From contig JAVRCJ020000007.1 of the NCBI GenBank assembly GCA_034530875.2, positions 192,001 through 256,000 on the forward strand: DNA of 64,000 nt, given 5' to 3'. The position numbers and the translations under genes are program-made. Source of the DNA: Nostoc sp. DedSLP01. Its GTDB lineage: Bacteria > Cyanobacteriota > Cyanobacteriia > Cyanobacteriales > Nostocaceae. The notes under the pieces are model-generated. The model was given only the letters and a program-made list of their open reading frames with translations, had not been told where the DNA came from and made no database searches. Numbering within the stretch: position 1 is the first letter of the stretch; every line of letters starts with the position of its first letter. This document shows positions 10,291 to 20,865 of this stretch, piece by piece.

Positions 10291-10854
10291 TCACACCATC
10301 TGCTGTACCTGCCCTGCATGGCTGAACAGCTCGATCGTTTCCCGGTTGAAGGCTGGGATGTCGTCTGGCTTGCGGCTCGACACGAGGTTGTTATCAACTA
10401 CAACTTCCCGATCTACCCATTGGGCACCTGCGTTTTGGAGATCGGTCTTGAGCGACGGCCACGAGGCGATCCTTCGTCCGCGCACCACATCTGCCTCGAT
10501 CAGAGTCCAAGGCCCGTGGCAGATCGCCGCTACCGGCTTGTTAGTATCGAAGAAGGACTTTATAAACTCGATCGCCTTAGCATTAGTCCGAAGTTGATCT
10601 GGATTGGCAACACCACCGGGAAGCAGGAGGGCATCATAGTCGGCTGGATTTACTCGATCGAGGGGGACATCTACCGGGAAAAAATCCCCTTTGTCAAAAT
10701 GGTTCCAGCCCTGAACGCGATCGCTCTTCGGTGAAATAATGTAGGTTTGAGCACCTGCTGACTCAAGGGCAAGCTTTGGTTGAGTCATTTCAACTTGCTC
10801 AAAGCCATCTGTAACCAGAATGGCAACTTTCTTATTTGTGAGTTCTTCTGTCAT
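10291..10854 (-). CDS. PfpI/DJ-1 (YhbO-like) type 1 glutamine amidotransferase domain protein
   Basis: VAILVTDGFEQVE, LLLPGGVANPDQLR, nucleophile elbow AAICHGPW, SSRKPDD. Confidence 0.94.
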   Translation of the reverse strand: MTEELTNKKVAILVTDGFEQVEMTQPKLALESAGAQTYIISPKSDRVQGWNHFDKGDFFPVDVPLDRVNPADYDALLLPGGVANPDQLRTNAKAIEFIKSFFDTNKPVAAICHGPWTLIEADVVRGRRIASWPSLKTDLQNAGAQWVDREVVVDNNLVSSRKPDDIPAFNRETIELFSHAGQVQQMV

Positions 10855-10908
10855 CTCTACCTCCTAAAGTGTTAGCTAGATTTGGTTTTTTCGTGTTCTT
10901 GTGGGGTT

Positions 10909-12087
10909 TTAGGCAGCCTGACCTGGCTTGAGCACGATCTTGATACAGTTGTCCTTCTTGTGTTTAAAAATCTCGTAGCCGTGCGGTGCTTTCTCTAGCG
11001 GTAAACGGTGAGTGATTACAAAAGATGGGTCGATATCGCCATTTTGGACGCGCTCGAGTAACGGGCGCAAGTACTTATGAACGTGCGTTTGTCCCGTTTT
11101 AAATGTTAAGGCTTTGTTCATGGCAGCACCCATCGGTATCTTGTCTACAAAGCCGCCGTAAACACCAGGAATTGAAACAGTGCCACCTTTGCGACAGGCA
11201 ACAATCACTTGCCTTAGGGCAGTGGGTCGGTCGGTTTCCATACGCACGGCTTGCTTTACCTGGTCGTAAAACGCATCAGGGCCCGTACCGTGGGCTTCCA
11301 TTCCCACAGCATCCATGCAAGCATCGGGGCCGCGACCACCCGTCATTTCTTTCAATGCTTCACCCACCTCGACTTCCTCATAGTTAAGGACTTCTGCCTT
11401 GCCGTCTTTCGCCATCTGTAGGCGTTCGAGAACTCGATCGATTGCAATGACGCGCTCGGCACCTAGCATATATGCACTTCTAATGGCAAACTGTCCGACT
11501 GGACCGCAGCCCCAGATCGCTACAGTATCTCCTGGCTGGATATCGCAGTTTTCCGCTGCCATATAGCCAGTGGGGAAAATATCCGTCAGAAACAGGACTT
11601 GTTCGTCTGTTAGTCCATCCGGAATCTTGAATAAACCGACATCGGCAAAGGGAACGCGGGCATATTCAGCTTGACCTCCAGCATAGCCACCCATCATATG
11701 GGAGTAGCCGAAAAGACCAGATGGAGAATGACCCATCAGTTTTTCCGGTATCCAGCCGTTGGGGTTGGAGTTATCGCACAGCGACCACAAATCTTTTTGA
11801 CAAAAGAAACACTGACCGCAGGAAATGGTAAAGGGGACGACAACGCGATCGCCTATCTTCACATTCTTGACGGCACTCCCTAGCTCGACGACCTCCCCCA
11901 TAAATTCATGACCAAGGATGTCGCCCTTTTCCATCGTGGGGATGTAACCGTCATAAAGATGTAAATCAGAACCGCAAATCGCCGTTGACGTGATTTTAAC
12001 AATCGCATCACGCGGATTGATGATTTTTGGATCGGGTACTGTATCAACTCGTACATCGTTAGCGCCGTGCCAGCAAACTGCTTTCAT
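10909..12087 (-). CDS. Zinc-dependent alcohol/formaldehyde dehydrogenase-like MDR enzyme (copy 1)
   Basis: ICGSDLH, GHEFMG, Zn cluster CGQCFFC...[17 protein letters not shown]. Confidence 0.93.
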   Translation of the reverse strand: MKAVCWHGANDVRVDTVPDPKIINPRDAIVKITSTAICGSDLHLYDGYIPTMEKGDILGHEFMGEVVELGSAVKNVKIGDRVVVPFTISCGQCFFCQKDLWSLCDNSNPNGWIPEKLMGHSPSGLFGYSHMMGGYAGGQAEYARVPFADVGLFKIPDGLTDEQVLFLTDIFPTGYMAAENCDIQPGDTVAIWGCGPVGQFAIRSAYMLGAERVIAIDRVLERLQMAKDGKAEVLNYEEVEVGEALKEMTGGRGPDACMDAVGMEAHGTGPDAFYDQVKQAVRMETDRPTALRQVIVACRKGGTVSIPGVYGGFVDKIPMGAAMNKALTFKTGQTHVHKYLRPLLERVQNGDIDPSFVITHRLPLEKAPHGYEIFKHKKDNCIKIVLKPGQAA

Positions 12088-12092
12088 AATCT

Positions 12093-12572
12093 TTAACCTC
12101 CCTTTGGTTGACCTTCTGTTGTTGCAATCTCGCCTGTTTCCATCAGCATTTTGAAGCGGCGTAAATCATCTCCAATCTGCTGTTCTGGTTCTTCGCCGAA
12201 GAGTTTGGCAATGGTAGCTCCAATCGCACCACCAGGCGGGTTATATTCCGTGACGACCTTTACCTCTGTACCGCGATTGGCGGGTGCTGGCTGGAAGCGG
12301 ACAGAACCAGAGTTATCAACATCTGCACCTTCAATCGAAGCCCAAGCAATCAATTCGTTTTCCCGATCTTCAATGATGTCTGCATCCCATTCAATACTTA
12401 CACCTAACGCCCCACTGGTCGTCCAGTGCGTTCGCTTATTATTGTGTACTTTTACGTCTTTGAGATGCTTCATGAAGCGCGGCAAGTTCTCAAAGTTATG
12501 CCAAAAGCGGTAGAGTTCCTCTGCTGGTTTGTTAATCGTTACCGTCTTTTCAACTTTAATTGGTTGGCTCAT
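12093..12572 (-). CDS. SRPBCC (cyclase/dehydrase) family protein (copy 1)
   Basis: [28 protein letters not shown]...[21 protein letters not shown]. Start moved to the ATG at 12572, which has a GGAG-like RBS upstream. Confidence 0.9.
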   Translation of the reverse strand: MSQPIKVEKTVTINKPAEELYRFWHNFENLPRFMKHLKDVKVHNNKRTHWTTSGALGVSIEWDADIIEDRENELIAWASIEGADVDNSGSVRFQPAPANRGTEVKVVTEYNPPGGAIGATIAKLFGEEPEQQIGDDLRRFKMLMETGEIATTEGQPKGG

Positions 12573-13048
12573 GTCTATTGTCTCCCGTGTTTGCTGTATG
12601 GTGCTTTGTTTATCGCAGTTTGGACAAACAAATTTGTCCAAACCCTAATACCAGGAGTGGAGAACAGTGTAGAATAAAAGCTTATTAGCGAGAGGTATGT
12701 AAAAGTCTCTTGAAAAAATTTACCCTTCGTATCAGCCTTCTAGACTACTAAAAAATTAACTACTACAAATGAATACCTGAACCTTAAAGCTTTCAACTAA
12801 ACCTAACCTCTAACTAAAGAATGGGATTGGTGTTAAGTTAGTTGGTTCTCGCTTATACCTTGGCGTAATGCTAAGGAAGCTTTCATTATTTTTCCTCTTT
12901 TGTATTAACTCAAAACAGGCTGTGGGGTATAGGAATTAAAAATCTCAAAACAGTACACCCCACACCGTTCGGCTGACGCTCACGGCGGAAGCCCTACTCC
13001 CTACACCCTGCCCTGACGAGATTGCGTCTTTTCAAACGCAACATTTAC

Positions 13049-14218
13049 TCAAGGCTGCAATCTGACTTTTATGCAATTGTCTTTTTTGTGCTTAAATAAC
13101 TCAAACCCTTGCTTTGCTTCCGTGAGGGGCAAGTGATGTGTGAATACAATAGATGGATCGACTTCACCCTTCAAAACGTAATCCAGCAAAATAGGCATAT
13201 ACTTTTGACCGAACATTTGCCCCATTCTGAAGGTCATGGCTTTGTTCATGGCAGCACCCATTGGTATTTTGTCTACAAATCCACCATAAACACCCATGAT
13301 TGAAAGAGTACCAGCTTTGCGACCGCTGACTATCATTTGCCGCAGGATGTGAGGGCGGTCTGTTTCTAAGCGAACCGCTTGCTTGGCTTCATCGTAGAAT
13401 CCTTCTAAACCAGAGGCGTGGGCTTCTAGTCCCACTGCATCAATGCAAGCATCGGGGCCGCGTCCTCCGGTCATTTCTTTGAGGGCGTCACCGGCATCAA
13501 CTTCTTCATAGTTGATGACTTCTGCTTTGGCAAAATCTTTAGCTAGTTGCAGGCGTTCGGGAACTCTGTCAATGCCAATGACGCGTTCTGCACCCAAGAG
13601 ATAAGCACTACGCATAGCGAACTGTCCCACTGGGCCGCAGCCCCACACTGCTACGACATCTCCAGGCTTGATATTACATAAATCTGCACCCATGTAGCCA
13701 GTGGGGAAAGCATCGGAAATTGGTAGCAGTTTTTCGTCAGGAATATCTTTAGGAACTTTGATTGTGCCCAAATCGGCAAAGGGTAAGCGCACGTATTCTG
13801 CAAAAGCACCTGCGTAGCCACCAAAAGCGTGGGAGTAGCCATAAATGCCTGATGTAGAATAACCGTATACCTTTTCTGCTATCCAGGCATTGGGATTGGA
13901 ATTATCACACAACGACCACATTTGCCGTTCGCAGTAGAAGCAATGACCGCAACCAATCATTGAAGAAACAACGACGCGATCGCCTTTTTTCAATCTCTTG
14001 ACTTCACTACCAATTTCAACGATTTCGCCCATAAATTCGTGACCGATAATGTCACCGGGTTGCATTGTTGGAATGTAGCCATCGTAAATGTGCAAATCAG
14101 AACCGCAGATAGTTGCTGATGTAACTTTGAGGATAGCGTCACGGGGATTAAGTATTTTTGGCTCTGGCACTGTTTCCACCCGTACATCGTTAGCGCCATA
14201 CCAACAAACAGCTTTCAT
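13049..14218 (-). CDS. Zinc-dependent alcohol/formaldehyde dehydrogenase-like MDR enzyme (copy 2)
   Basis: Same motifs as 10909..12087 (ICGSDLH, GHEFMG, WGCGPVG); clearly paralogous. Confidence 0.93.
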   Translation of the reverse strand: MKAVCWYGANDVRVETVPEPKILNPRDAILKVTSATICGSDLHIYDGYIPTMQPGDIIGHEFMGEIVEIGSEVKRLKKGDRVVVSSMIGCGHCFYCERQMWSLCDNSNPNAWIAEKVYGYSTSGIYGYSHAFGGYAGAFAEYVRLPFADLGTIKVPKDIPDEKLLPISDAFPTGYMGADLCNIKPGDVVAVWGCGPVGQFAMRSAYLLGAERVIGIDRVPERLQLAKDFAKAEVINYEEVDAGDALKEMTGGRGPDACIDAVGLEAHASGLEGFYDEAKQAVRLETDRPHILRQMIVSGRKAGTLSIMGVYGGFVDKIPMGAAMNKAMTFRMGQMFGQKYMPILLDYVLKGEVDPSIVFTHHLPLTEAKQGFELFKHKKDNCIKVRLQP

Positions 14219-14221
14219 AGT

Positions 14222-14710
14222 TTACCCTTTACCTCTTGGTTGACCTTCAGTTGTGGCAATTTCCCCTGCTTCCATCAGCATTTTGAAGTGACGTAAATCT
14301 TCTGTGAGATTGTGTTTTGGGTCTTCACCAAAAAGTTTGGCGATCGCATTTCCAATTGCACCACCAGGTGGGTTAAATTCTCTAACTACTTTCACTTCAG
14401 TACCGCGATTACCTGGCGCTGGCTTAAACTGAACTAAGCCAGAATTTTCAATTTCTGCACTTTGAACTGAAGCCCAGGAAATTATTTCGTTTTCCCGGTC
14501 TTCAACAATGACTGTATCCCACTCTAAGTTTTTATCTAAAAGTCCTTCAACAACCCAGTGGGTTTTTTTATCATCGTACACCTTGACTTCTTTGAGATGC
14601 TTAATGAAGCGCGGTAAATTTTCAAAGTTACGCCAAAATTGGTAGAGTTCTTGTGCTGGTTTGTTAATCGTTACCGTTTTTTCAACTTTAACTCGTTGGT
14701 TCGCCATCAT
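14222..14710 (-). CDS. SRPBCC family protein (copy 2)
   Basis: Paralogue of 12093..12572 in the same position relative to a dehydrogenase. Confidence 0.9.
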   Translation of the reverse strand: MMANQRVKVEKTVTINKPAQELYQFWRNFENLPRFIKHLKEVKVYDDKKTHWVVEGLLDKNLEWDTVIVEDRENEIISWASVQSAEIENSGLVQFKPAPGNRGTEVKVVREFNPPGGAIGNAIAKLFGEDPKHNLTEDLRHFKMLMEAGEIATTEGQPRGKG

Positions 14711-15362
14711 TACCTCTTGTGCTTACTTGGCATATATTGTTTTGTTGTTTTATATAAAAGCTTAAAAAGATTTATTTATCTATTTAGCAATCCAATTTGA
14801 TTTTTGAATTGCTAGTAAACAAAGGAAACAGAGCAAAAATCTACTTAGCTTCGCATAAATCAAACAGGAGTTGTATTGTTTAAATTTTTATTTAAAAATG
14901 AATCATTTAGAGTCTTTCAATAGTATTATTTCCTAAAAATATTCCTATTACAAAAGGAAGAGTTATTTTTTTAATAGTTACTAAAGTTTCTCCTCATTAA
15001 ATATGATTTATATTTTGATAAAAGTAAGTTAAAGTAAGTATTTTATATCTATCTTTTAATAGCTTAATCGTTAAAATTTGCTAGCAACTGTCTAGCAAAT
15101 TATAATTGATAAATAGTCTACCAATAGAAGTAGAAAATAACCTCAACCAGAGGGTAGGGTGTCTGAATTGCATTTTGCTTGTTAATTCTGCTCTTTATTG
15201 GTAGCTTAAAACTACCATGAATCAATCTTGAGGATGATTTAATACTTTTAGAGATTGTTTTAAAAGTGGCTGGCTGTAATTTTAATCGCATTTTTACCTA
15301 CCTTAATCCCACCAATAGATCGGAGGGAAACAAGAAAAATCAGTTTAACGTACCAGTTTTTT

Positions 15363-15382
15363 AGACGCGATTTATCGCGTCT
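15363..15382. repeat. REP-like palindrome AGACGCGAT-nn-ATCGCGTCT
   Basis: Near-identical second copy at 25433..25452. Confidence 0.7.
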
Positions 15383-15402
15383 CTACATGAGATAAATAGC
15401 GC

Positions 15403-15654
15403 CTCTTCATTGTTACACGCACTCTGTAGCAGCTTCCGCCTTGGCTGTAGTAACTTCTGCCTTCACGTTTCAGTGTTACGCGCACCCTGTAGCAACTTCC
15501 GTCTTGGCTGTAGTAACTTCTGCCTTCACGTTTCAGTGTTACGCGCACCCTGTAGCAACTTCCGCCTTCACGTTTCAGTGTTACGCGCACCCTGTAGTAA
15601 CTTCTGCCTTCACGTTTCAGTGTTACGCGCACCCTGTAGCAACTTCCGCCTTGA
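15403..15654. repeat. Array of twelve 21-bp units of two types (order B-A-A-B-A-A-B-A-B-A-B-A)
   Basis: A = CTGTAG(C/T)AACTTC(C/T)GCCTT(GG/CA); B = CGTTTCAGTGTTACGCGCACC; exact 21-bp register over 252 bp. Confidence 0.95.
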
Positions 15655-15761
15655 CTTTATTAGAAACGTTTTTCAATAAAAATCAACAATTTTACGTATG
15701 ACAATGTTTTAAGCAATTGTCCACTATAGAGTTATGGCAAATTTAGAAATAGGTATTAATT

Positions 15762-16124
15762 ATGGTAAGAGCGAAACGTAATTCACGTGTTCTCGGTAAA
15801 GCTGAAACACGTTTGGCAAGTGTTAAATCCATCAATCCAATTCTAGATGTTGGGGAAGGTTTAACAGTTAAAGATTATACTGATAGAATTGAAAAACTGA
15901 GAAAATCTCTTGAAGCTTATAATACTACTCTTTCTACTATCGATATCTTACTAACCCAAATCGTTGAAAACGAAGAAGATTTGGCTGACTATTCTGAAAA
16001 GTTTTTGCGTGGTATTGCTTATAAATTTGGTAGTAATAGTTACGAATATAAAATGGCTGGAGGTACTCGTAAAAGCGAGCGCAAGCGTACTGGGCGTCAA
16101 AGCGTGGTTTTACCTACTAGCTAA
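15762..16124 (+). CDS. Hypothetical 120-aa helical protein with basic termini
   Basis: RBS-like TAGGT upstream and a terminator hairpin downstream; C-terminal KFGSNSYEYKMAGGTRKSERKR motif. Confidence 0.8.
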   Translation: MVRAKRNSRVLGKAETRLASVKSINPILDVGEGLTVKDYTDRIEKLRKSLEAYNTTLSTIDILLTQIVENEEDLADYSEKFLRGIAYKFGSNSYEYKMAGGTRKSERKRTGRQSVVLPTS

Positions 16125-16147
16125 AGTTAGAACAAGTTGTAACGCAC

Positions 16148-16176
16148 ATACCCGACTTTTTTAAAAAGTCGGGTAT
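16148..16176 (+). terminator. Strong hairpin after the 120-aa gene
   Basis: ATACCCGACTTTT-TTA-AAAAGTCGGGTAT inverted repeat. Confidence 0.65.
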
Positions 16177-16410
16177 TTAAATCTAGGCAATATGCGATCG
16201 CACATCTTTTATAATAAATGGCTTAATTTCATTTCTTGAATGTAGTTACTTTAGCTCACCACTTCACACAGCCGTTACCAACCATAGTATTTTTTACCTG
16301 GTTTCTGACGTCAATATCTGATAACAATAGAGAGCTGCTAAGAGTTGAAATCAAAGCCAAACAACACCAAAGGTTCTAAAAATAGTCACATCTGGCTAAT
16401 GCAACGTTAA

Positions 16411-16540
16411 TATAGGACTCACACTTGATTTTTGAAAAAAATCAGTACATCCAGACAAGGCTTCTGTCCTACTCCCTACTCCCCATTCCCTACTCCCTGT
16501 CTACACAAATAAATTCTCCAAATCAAACCTGATTCCTATA
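16411..16540. mobile_element. MITE-like element with TATAGGA(C/A)TC..TTGATTT ends and internal heptamer repeats
   Basis: Left TATAGGACTCACACTTGATTT; right end reverse-complements to TATAGGAATCAGGTTTGATTT; internal CCCTACT repeats. Related ends near 2298, 40360, 54750 and 55150. Confidence 0.65.
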
Positions 16541-16541
16541 G

Positions 16542-17078
16542 TTAATTTACATTAGAAGTACTTGTGGGTTCTTGGGCAAGTTCATCTTTTTTAGCAGTAA
16601 CTGAAAGATGTACGATATGTACCGAACAAGGAGCATGGTGAAGGACGTAGTTACTTACACTACCGAGAAATAATTCGGTTAGCCCAGAACGACCGCGACG
16701 CCCCATAACAATTAAGTCAGCGTCATAACTACGCGCTAAATCACAAATAATTCGACCAGGATTGCCAACATTTTGAGTAAATTCTATAGTAATTCCTGCT
16801 CTATGAGCTTTAGCAGAGTAAATCTGTAACATTTGGATACCTTGATTTTTAAAGGCGTCCCATTGCTTTTGGTATAACTCGAAGCTTTGACTATTCAATC
16901 CTGGATAGTAGTCGAAATTAGACACCATAGGTACGTAAGGACTACCCTCTTCTTCTGGTGATAAGACATGCAGTAGCATTAAGTTCGCTTGTGTTAAGCT
17001 TGCTAAAGCTAATGCTTGGTCAAAAACCTTTTGTCCTACTTCCGAGCGATCTAATGCAACTAAAATCTTTTTAAACAT
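16542..17078 (-). CDS. Universal stress protein
   Basis: MFKKILVALD...ADLIVMGRRGRSGLTELFLGSVSNYVLHHAPCSV; GGAGG RBS before the ATG at 17078. Confidence 0.95.
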   Translation of the reverse strand: MFKKILVALDRSEVGQKVFDQALALASLTQANLMLLHVLSPEEEGSPYVPMVSNFDYYPGLNSQSFELYQKQWDAFKNQGIQMLQIYSAKAHRAGITIEFTQNVGNPGRIICDLARSYDADLIVMGRRGRSGLTELFLGSVSNYVLHHAPCSVHIVHLSVTAKKDELAQEPTSTSNVN

Positions 17079-17398
17079 AGAGACCTCCATCTCTATTTGA
17101 ATTTTAGGTTACTGAAACGTTTGAGTTTTATAGTTATATTTATAGCAAAAGAATTTGAGAGACTTGTGAAGAAAGCAAATGTATCCCATTGCATAAATTG
17201 CGAAAAGGGAAAAAGAGGAATCTTCCTTTTTGCTTTTCCCTTGTTTTCCCTTCTTCTTTAATTTCAGGAGTTACGCACTCAGATCCCTCAACCCACTGAC
17301 AGCGTTTTTCGTTCTAGTCAATTAACTTCAGCGCCCCTTTGCGTTAAAAAATTTAATATTTGGCGCACCCTCATAAAGAAACGGTATAAGTCGTAAAT

Positions 17399-20263
17399 TT
17401 ATTTAACAGCGCAAGAAGCAGATACAACGGCTGACTTATGAGGTGTCACAGTTGGTATTTGAGCAACTAGAACCACATTACCATCAGCATCTACTATCCA
17501 ACCTTGGGCTTCGACTATTTGAGATGGTTCTTCCGCAGAATTAACTTTCTGTAAATTTTGTTCTTGATTTCTCTGTTTGGAACTAACTGCTCTATTTTTA
17601 ATATCGTTAACAGAATTTTCTGCGTTTGGTTCCAGTGAGATCCAATCTACTAAAACTGTATCAGCCGTCAATGGTTCCACAGGATTCGATGCTACTCCGC
17701 CACGTCCCATGACTGTGAATGAACTCCTGCTGCCTTTTCCACTAGCATTGCAATCAGCAGCAATTTGCCGAGATGCATTAACAACATTTACAGGCAGTTC
17801 TGTTAATCCTTTGCTGAGGTCAAAATTTGGTAAGATTATTCCTACTAGACTACTTAATAAAGGGTTTTGCCGAGAAAATGATGTAATGTCGCTGGTTGGG
17901 ATATTACCTGGATTGAGATTTTCTGGGTCAAGTCTCTGTATCTCTGCACCAGTGCGGAGCACAAGCCCAAAGATTCTTTTAGTAGTGATTGCGATTTTAC
18001 CACTATTTCCAAAGGCATTGGCAGTAATATCATTATTTTCTAAGGGAGCCGCAACAACAAAACCATTAAGTGCATTAATTGTGATATTACCTGCGTCGGC
18101 AGGAGATTCTGCCTTGCCTGCATCGGTGGATATTTGACTATTCCGACGCATCAGTAATAAGTCCTGAATTTGGAAGTTGATATTTCCACCCTTACCTGAT
18201 TCAGTTTCCGAGGTGATTTTTCCACGATCGCTTAGTCTGAGAGTCTGTGTGTTGACAACAATATTACCTGCATCGCCTGTTCCCTGGCTACTAACGCTGA
18301 CTTGAGCCAGATCTTGGGCAATAAATTCTTTAGTTTCAATTGCGATATTCCCTCCTGAGCCTATAGAACCACGGCGGGTATTGGCAAATAATCCACTATT
18401 AGGCCCTTCATTTTGGACTTCAGCCGGAAATTTCTCCCGTCGTTGAGCAAAGGTAGGGTCGCTTCCAGAAAGTATAATCCTGTCAGCATCTTTGATGATG
18501 ATATTCCCTGCTTTTCCAGAATTGGCAGTGCTGCTGATAATTTGTCCGCCATTAATAGCTTCAAAGTTAGCTGCGTTAATAGTAATGCTACCGGCAGCAC
18601 TCTGATTGAGAGTTTGAGTATTTACAATCCCACCGTTTGCAATGCTAAAGAGTGGCGTCTTGATGGTAATATCTCCTGCTTTACCTACTGCACCTGCCTC
18701 TGTGGCGGCGAATAAGCCACTAGAAAAACCTGTTTCAAAACTAGTGCCTGAAATAGTTACAGAATCAGAGGCATTAACTGTGATATTTCCTCCAATTCCT
18801 CGCCCTCCCGGTCTTCCATCTTTTTGGCTAATAACAGAAGTACCTATTTGAGTACCACCAGTTAAAGAGAGCGATCGCGTCTTAATATTAATTTCACCAC
18901 CATTACCGACTCCTCCTGATGATACATTACTAAAAATTCCACTTTTTTTGGTTGATTCGAGAGAGACAATATCTGCAACGTCTATGAATATGTTTCCAGC
19001 ATTTCCCTCTGCAAAAGTTCCGGCGTTTATAAAAGCTCCATCTTTTATATAAAGTTCCCTAGCTTTAATGTTGATATTGCCACTGTTACCTTTTCCTGCG
19101 TCTCCCACAGTGCTATCTATACGAGATTCTTTACCAACAACTGTAATTGCCCCATTGCTGACATCAATGTTCACTTCACCAGCATTTCCTGTGTCGAAAG
19201 TAGTAGCTTGTACTTGACTAGCGGTACTTAAAGATAACGATCCAGCTTTAATATTGATGTTGCCGCTATTGCTTTGTCCATCAGAAGATAGCACTCTGTT
19301 GAGGATTTTACTACCGTTTGTAAGAGTTAAAGCTCCTGTGGCATTGAGTGTAATATCTCCAGCTTGACTACCAGCCGTTCCTTGGCTGATACCGCTAAGA
19401 AGCCTAGTTTTATTTCCGGAAATTCCTATATTTCTTGCATTGACTGTAATACTACCGCCACCATTAGCTGTTACATCAACTTTAGCTCCATTGCTTAGTA
19501 ATACATCTGCTAATGCGGTATTCTCAGGAAAACTTAAGCGGAAGTTGTTGTTATCAATATCTAACCCTATTACTCCAGATTCAGCTAATCCTCCTAATTC
19601 GACTCGACCCCCCAAAGCATTTAATCCTCCTTGGTCTAACTTCACTTCTCCACCGACTAATAGCAAACTCTGTCCATCAGGAACTCTTAACCCAAATAAT
19701 TCAACGCCTTCTGAATATACTCCTAGTGGTGCAATTGAATTGTTTTGGATTACTCCTTGGGGATTTTGATACAACAAAGCTGAAGGATTGACTGTCAATA
19801 ATGGAACTTCGGAAACAGAAGCCCTAAAAAAACCCCGATCGCCAAATTGAATAGCATTGGCTGTAGTGCCTATAAATGACGCTTTAACATTCAACTTTGC
19901 ATTTGGCCCAAAAATAATCCCATTAGGATTTATTAAAAATAGGTTAGCATTTCCTAATACGCCTAATGTGCCAAGAATGTTAGAGGGTTGATTTCCTGTT
20001 ACCCGAGTCAGAATATTCTTGGCTCCTCGATCGAGGAACAAAACTGTTGCTTCTTCATCCACATTAAATCGAGAAAAACTGTGAAAAAGATTATTGCCAC
20101 TTTGAAGTCCACCGTCAATATTACAATTTCCTGTGCATTGACCTGGTGTAGTTGGAGTGGTTCCATCTATTTGGATTGATTGAGCTTGAACGCTACTGTT
20201 GATTGCTATCAAATACAATGAAATAGTGCAAACACCCCACAATAAATAAAAATGCTTTTTCAT
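17399..20263 (-). CDS. Filamentous haemagglutinin N-terminal (TPS) domain exoprotein
   Basis: Signal peptide (..VQAQ), NLFHSFSRFNV, LFLINPNGIIFG, repeated GNAGNINI beta-helix motifs, C-terminal IVEAQGW. Confidence 0.92.
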   Translation of the reverse strand: MKKHFYLLWGVCTISLYLIAINSSVQAQSIQIDGTTPTTPGQCTGNCNIDGGLQSGNNLFHSFSRFNVDEEATVLFLDRGAKNILTRVTGNQPSNILGTLGVLGNANLFLINPNGIIFGPNAKLNVKASFIGTTANAIQFGDRGFFRASVSEVPLLTVNPSALLYQNPQGVIQNNSIAPLGVYSEGVELFGLRVPDGQSLLLVGGEVKLDQGGLNALGGRVELGGLAESGVIGLDIDNNNFRLSFPENTALADVLLSNGAKVDVTANGGGSITVNARNIGISGNKTRLLSGISQGTAGSQAGDITLNATGALTLTNGSKILNRVLSSDGQSNSGNINIKAGSLSLSTASQVQATTFDTGNAGEVNIDVSNGAITVVGKESRIDSTVGDAGKGNSGNINIKARELYIKDGAFINAGTFAEGNAGNIFIDVADIVSLESTKKSGIFSNVSSGGVGNGGEINIKTRSLSLTGGTQIGTSVISQKDGRPGGRGIGGNITVNASDSVTISGTSFETGFSSGLFAATEAGAVGKAGDITIKTPLFSIANGGIVNTQTLNQSAAGSITINAANFEAINGGQIISSTANSGKAGNIIIKDADRIILSGSDPTFAQRREKFPAEVQNEGPNSGLFANTRRGSIGSGGNIAIETKEFIAQDLAQVSVSSQGTGDAGNIVVNTQTLRLSDRGKITSETESGKGGNINFQIQDLLLMRRNSQISTDAGKAESPADAGNITINALNGFVVAAPLENNDITANAFGNSGKIAITTKRIFGLVLRTGAEIQRLDPENLNPGNIPTSDITSFSRQNPLLSSLVGIILPNFDLSKGLTELPVNVVNASRQIAADCNASGKGSRSSFTVMGRGGVASNPVEPLTADTVLVDWISLEPNAENSVNDIKNRAVSSKQRNQEQNLQKVNSAEEPSQIVEAQGWIVDADGNVVLVAQIPTVTPHKSAVVSASCAVK

Positions 20264-20652
20264 AAAAAACAAGTAAAATCGAAGATGAAATATAGCAAGC
20301 TTATTGGACTTATCAAATTAGTTGTGGAGAGAGCAAATAGACAATAAACAATAGTTTTTTTGCAAATTATTTGAGATTGCCATATTAGAAAAATGGAAAA
20401 TCATTAACAGGGAGTAGGCAACAGAAAAATCCTCATAATTATAATGAGGAGATTTATGTCAAGACATATTGAAACTTTATAGCTTGTGCTATCTCGTTTC
20501 AAATATTTTATTTGTTAAGAAAAAATAATAGTGGTTGATACTCAATATTGGGGTAAGCTTTTAAACCTGTCCCCTACCCGTTGGTGCAGGCGAGACACCA
20601 GAAGGCTATGGTAAGAGTCTGTTTTAGTGATTAGCAAAAGCAATGCTCAAAA

Positions 20653-20865
20653 TTAGACAATTAGCTTCGAGGAAAACTCTTTAACAGGATGCGTAGGATC
20701 TATTGTTCCACCATCATCTTTTACTGCATCGCCTTTCTGGAAAAGGGAATTTATTTTATTGACCGGAGCAGTATCATTTGTTTGGCTATCATTAAGTTTT
20801 GCTATATCTTCTTCTACAGAAAATTTTTCTGCGTTAGTCAAATTAGGCTTGATGCTTTGATTCAT
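20653..20865 (-). CDS. Small hypothetical protein (70 aa)
   Basis: ATG with purine-rich upstream sequence (AGGGTAGAAG); hydrophilic; no recognised family. Confidence 0.4.
   Translation of the reverse strand: MNQSIKPNLTNAEKFSVEEDIAKLNDSQTNDTAPVNKINSLFQKGDAVKDDGGTIDPTHPVKEFSSKLIV

Noticed and set aside
9406..10734. Multiple long plus-strand ORFs (up to 242 aa)
   Set aside because: Antisense shadows of the GC-rich AKR and pfpI genes, with no recognisable motifs.
15403..15654. CRISPR array
   Set aside because: No unique spacers, both unit types recur, and there are no cas genes. The same applies to the arrays at 51602 and 57519.
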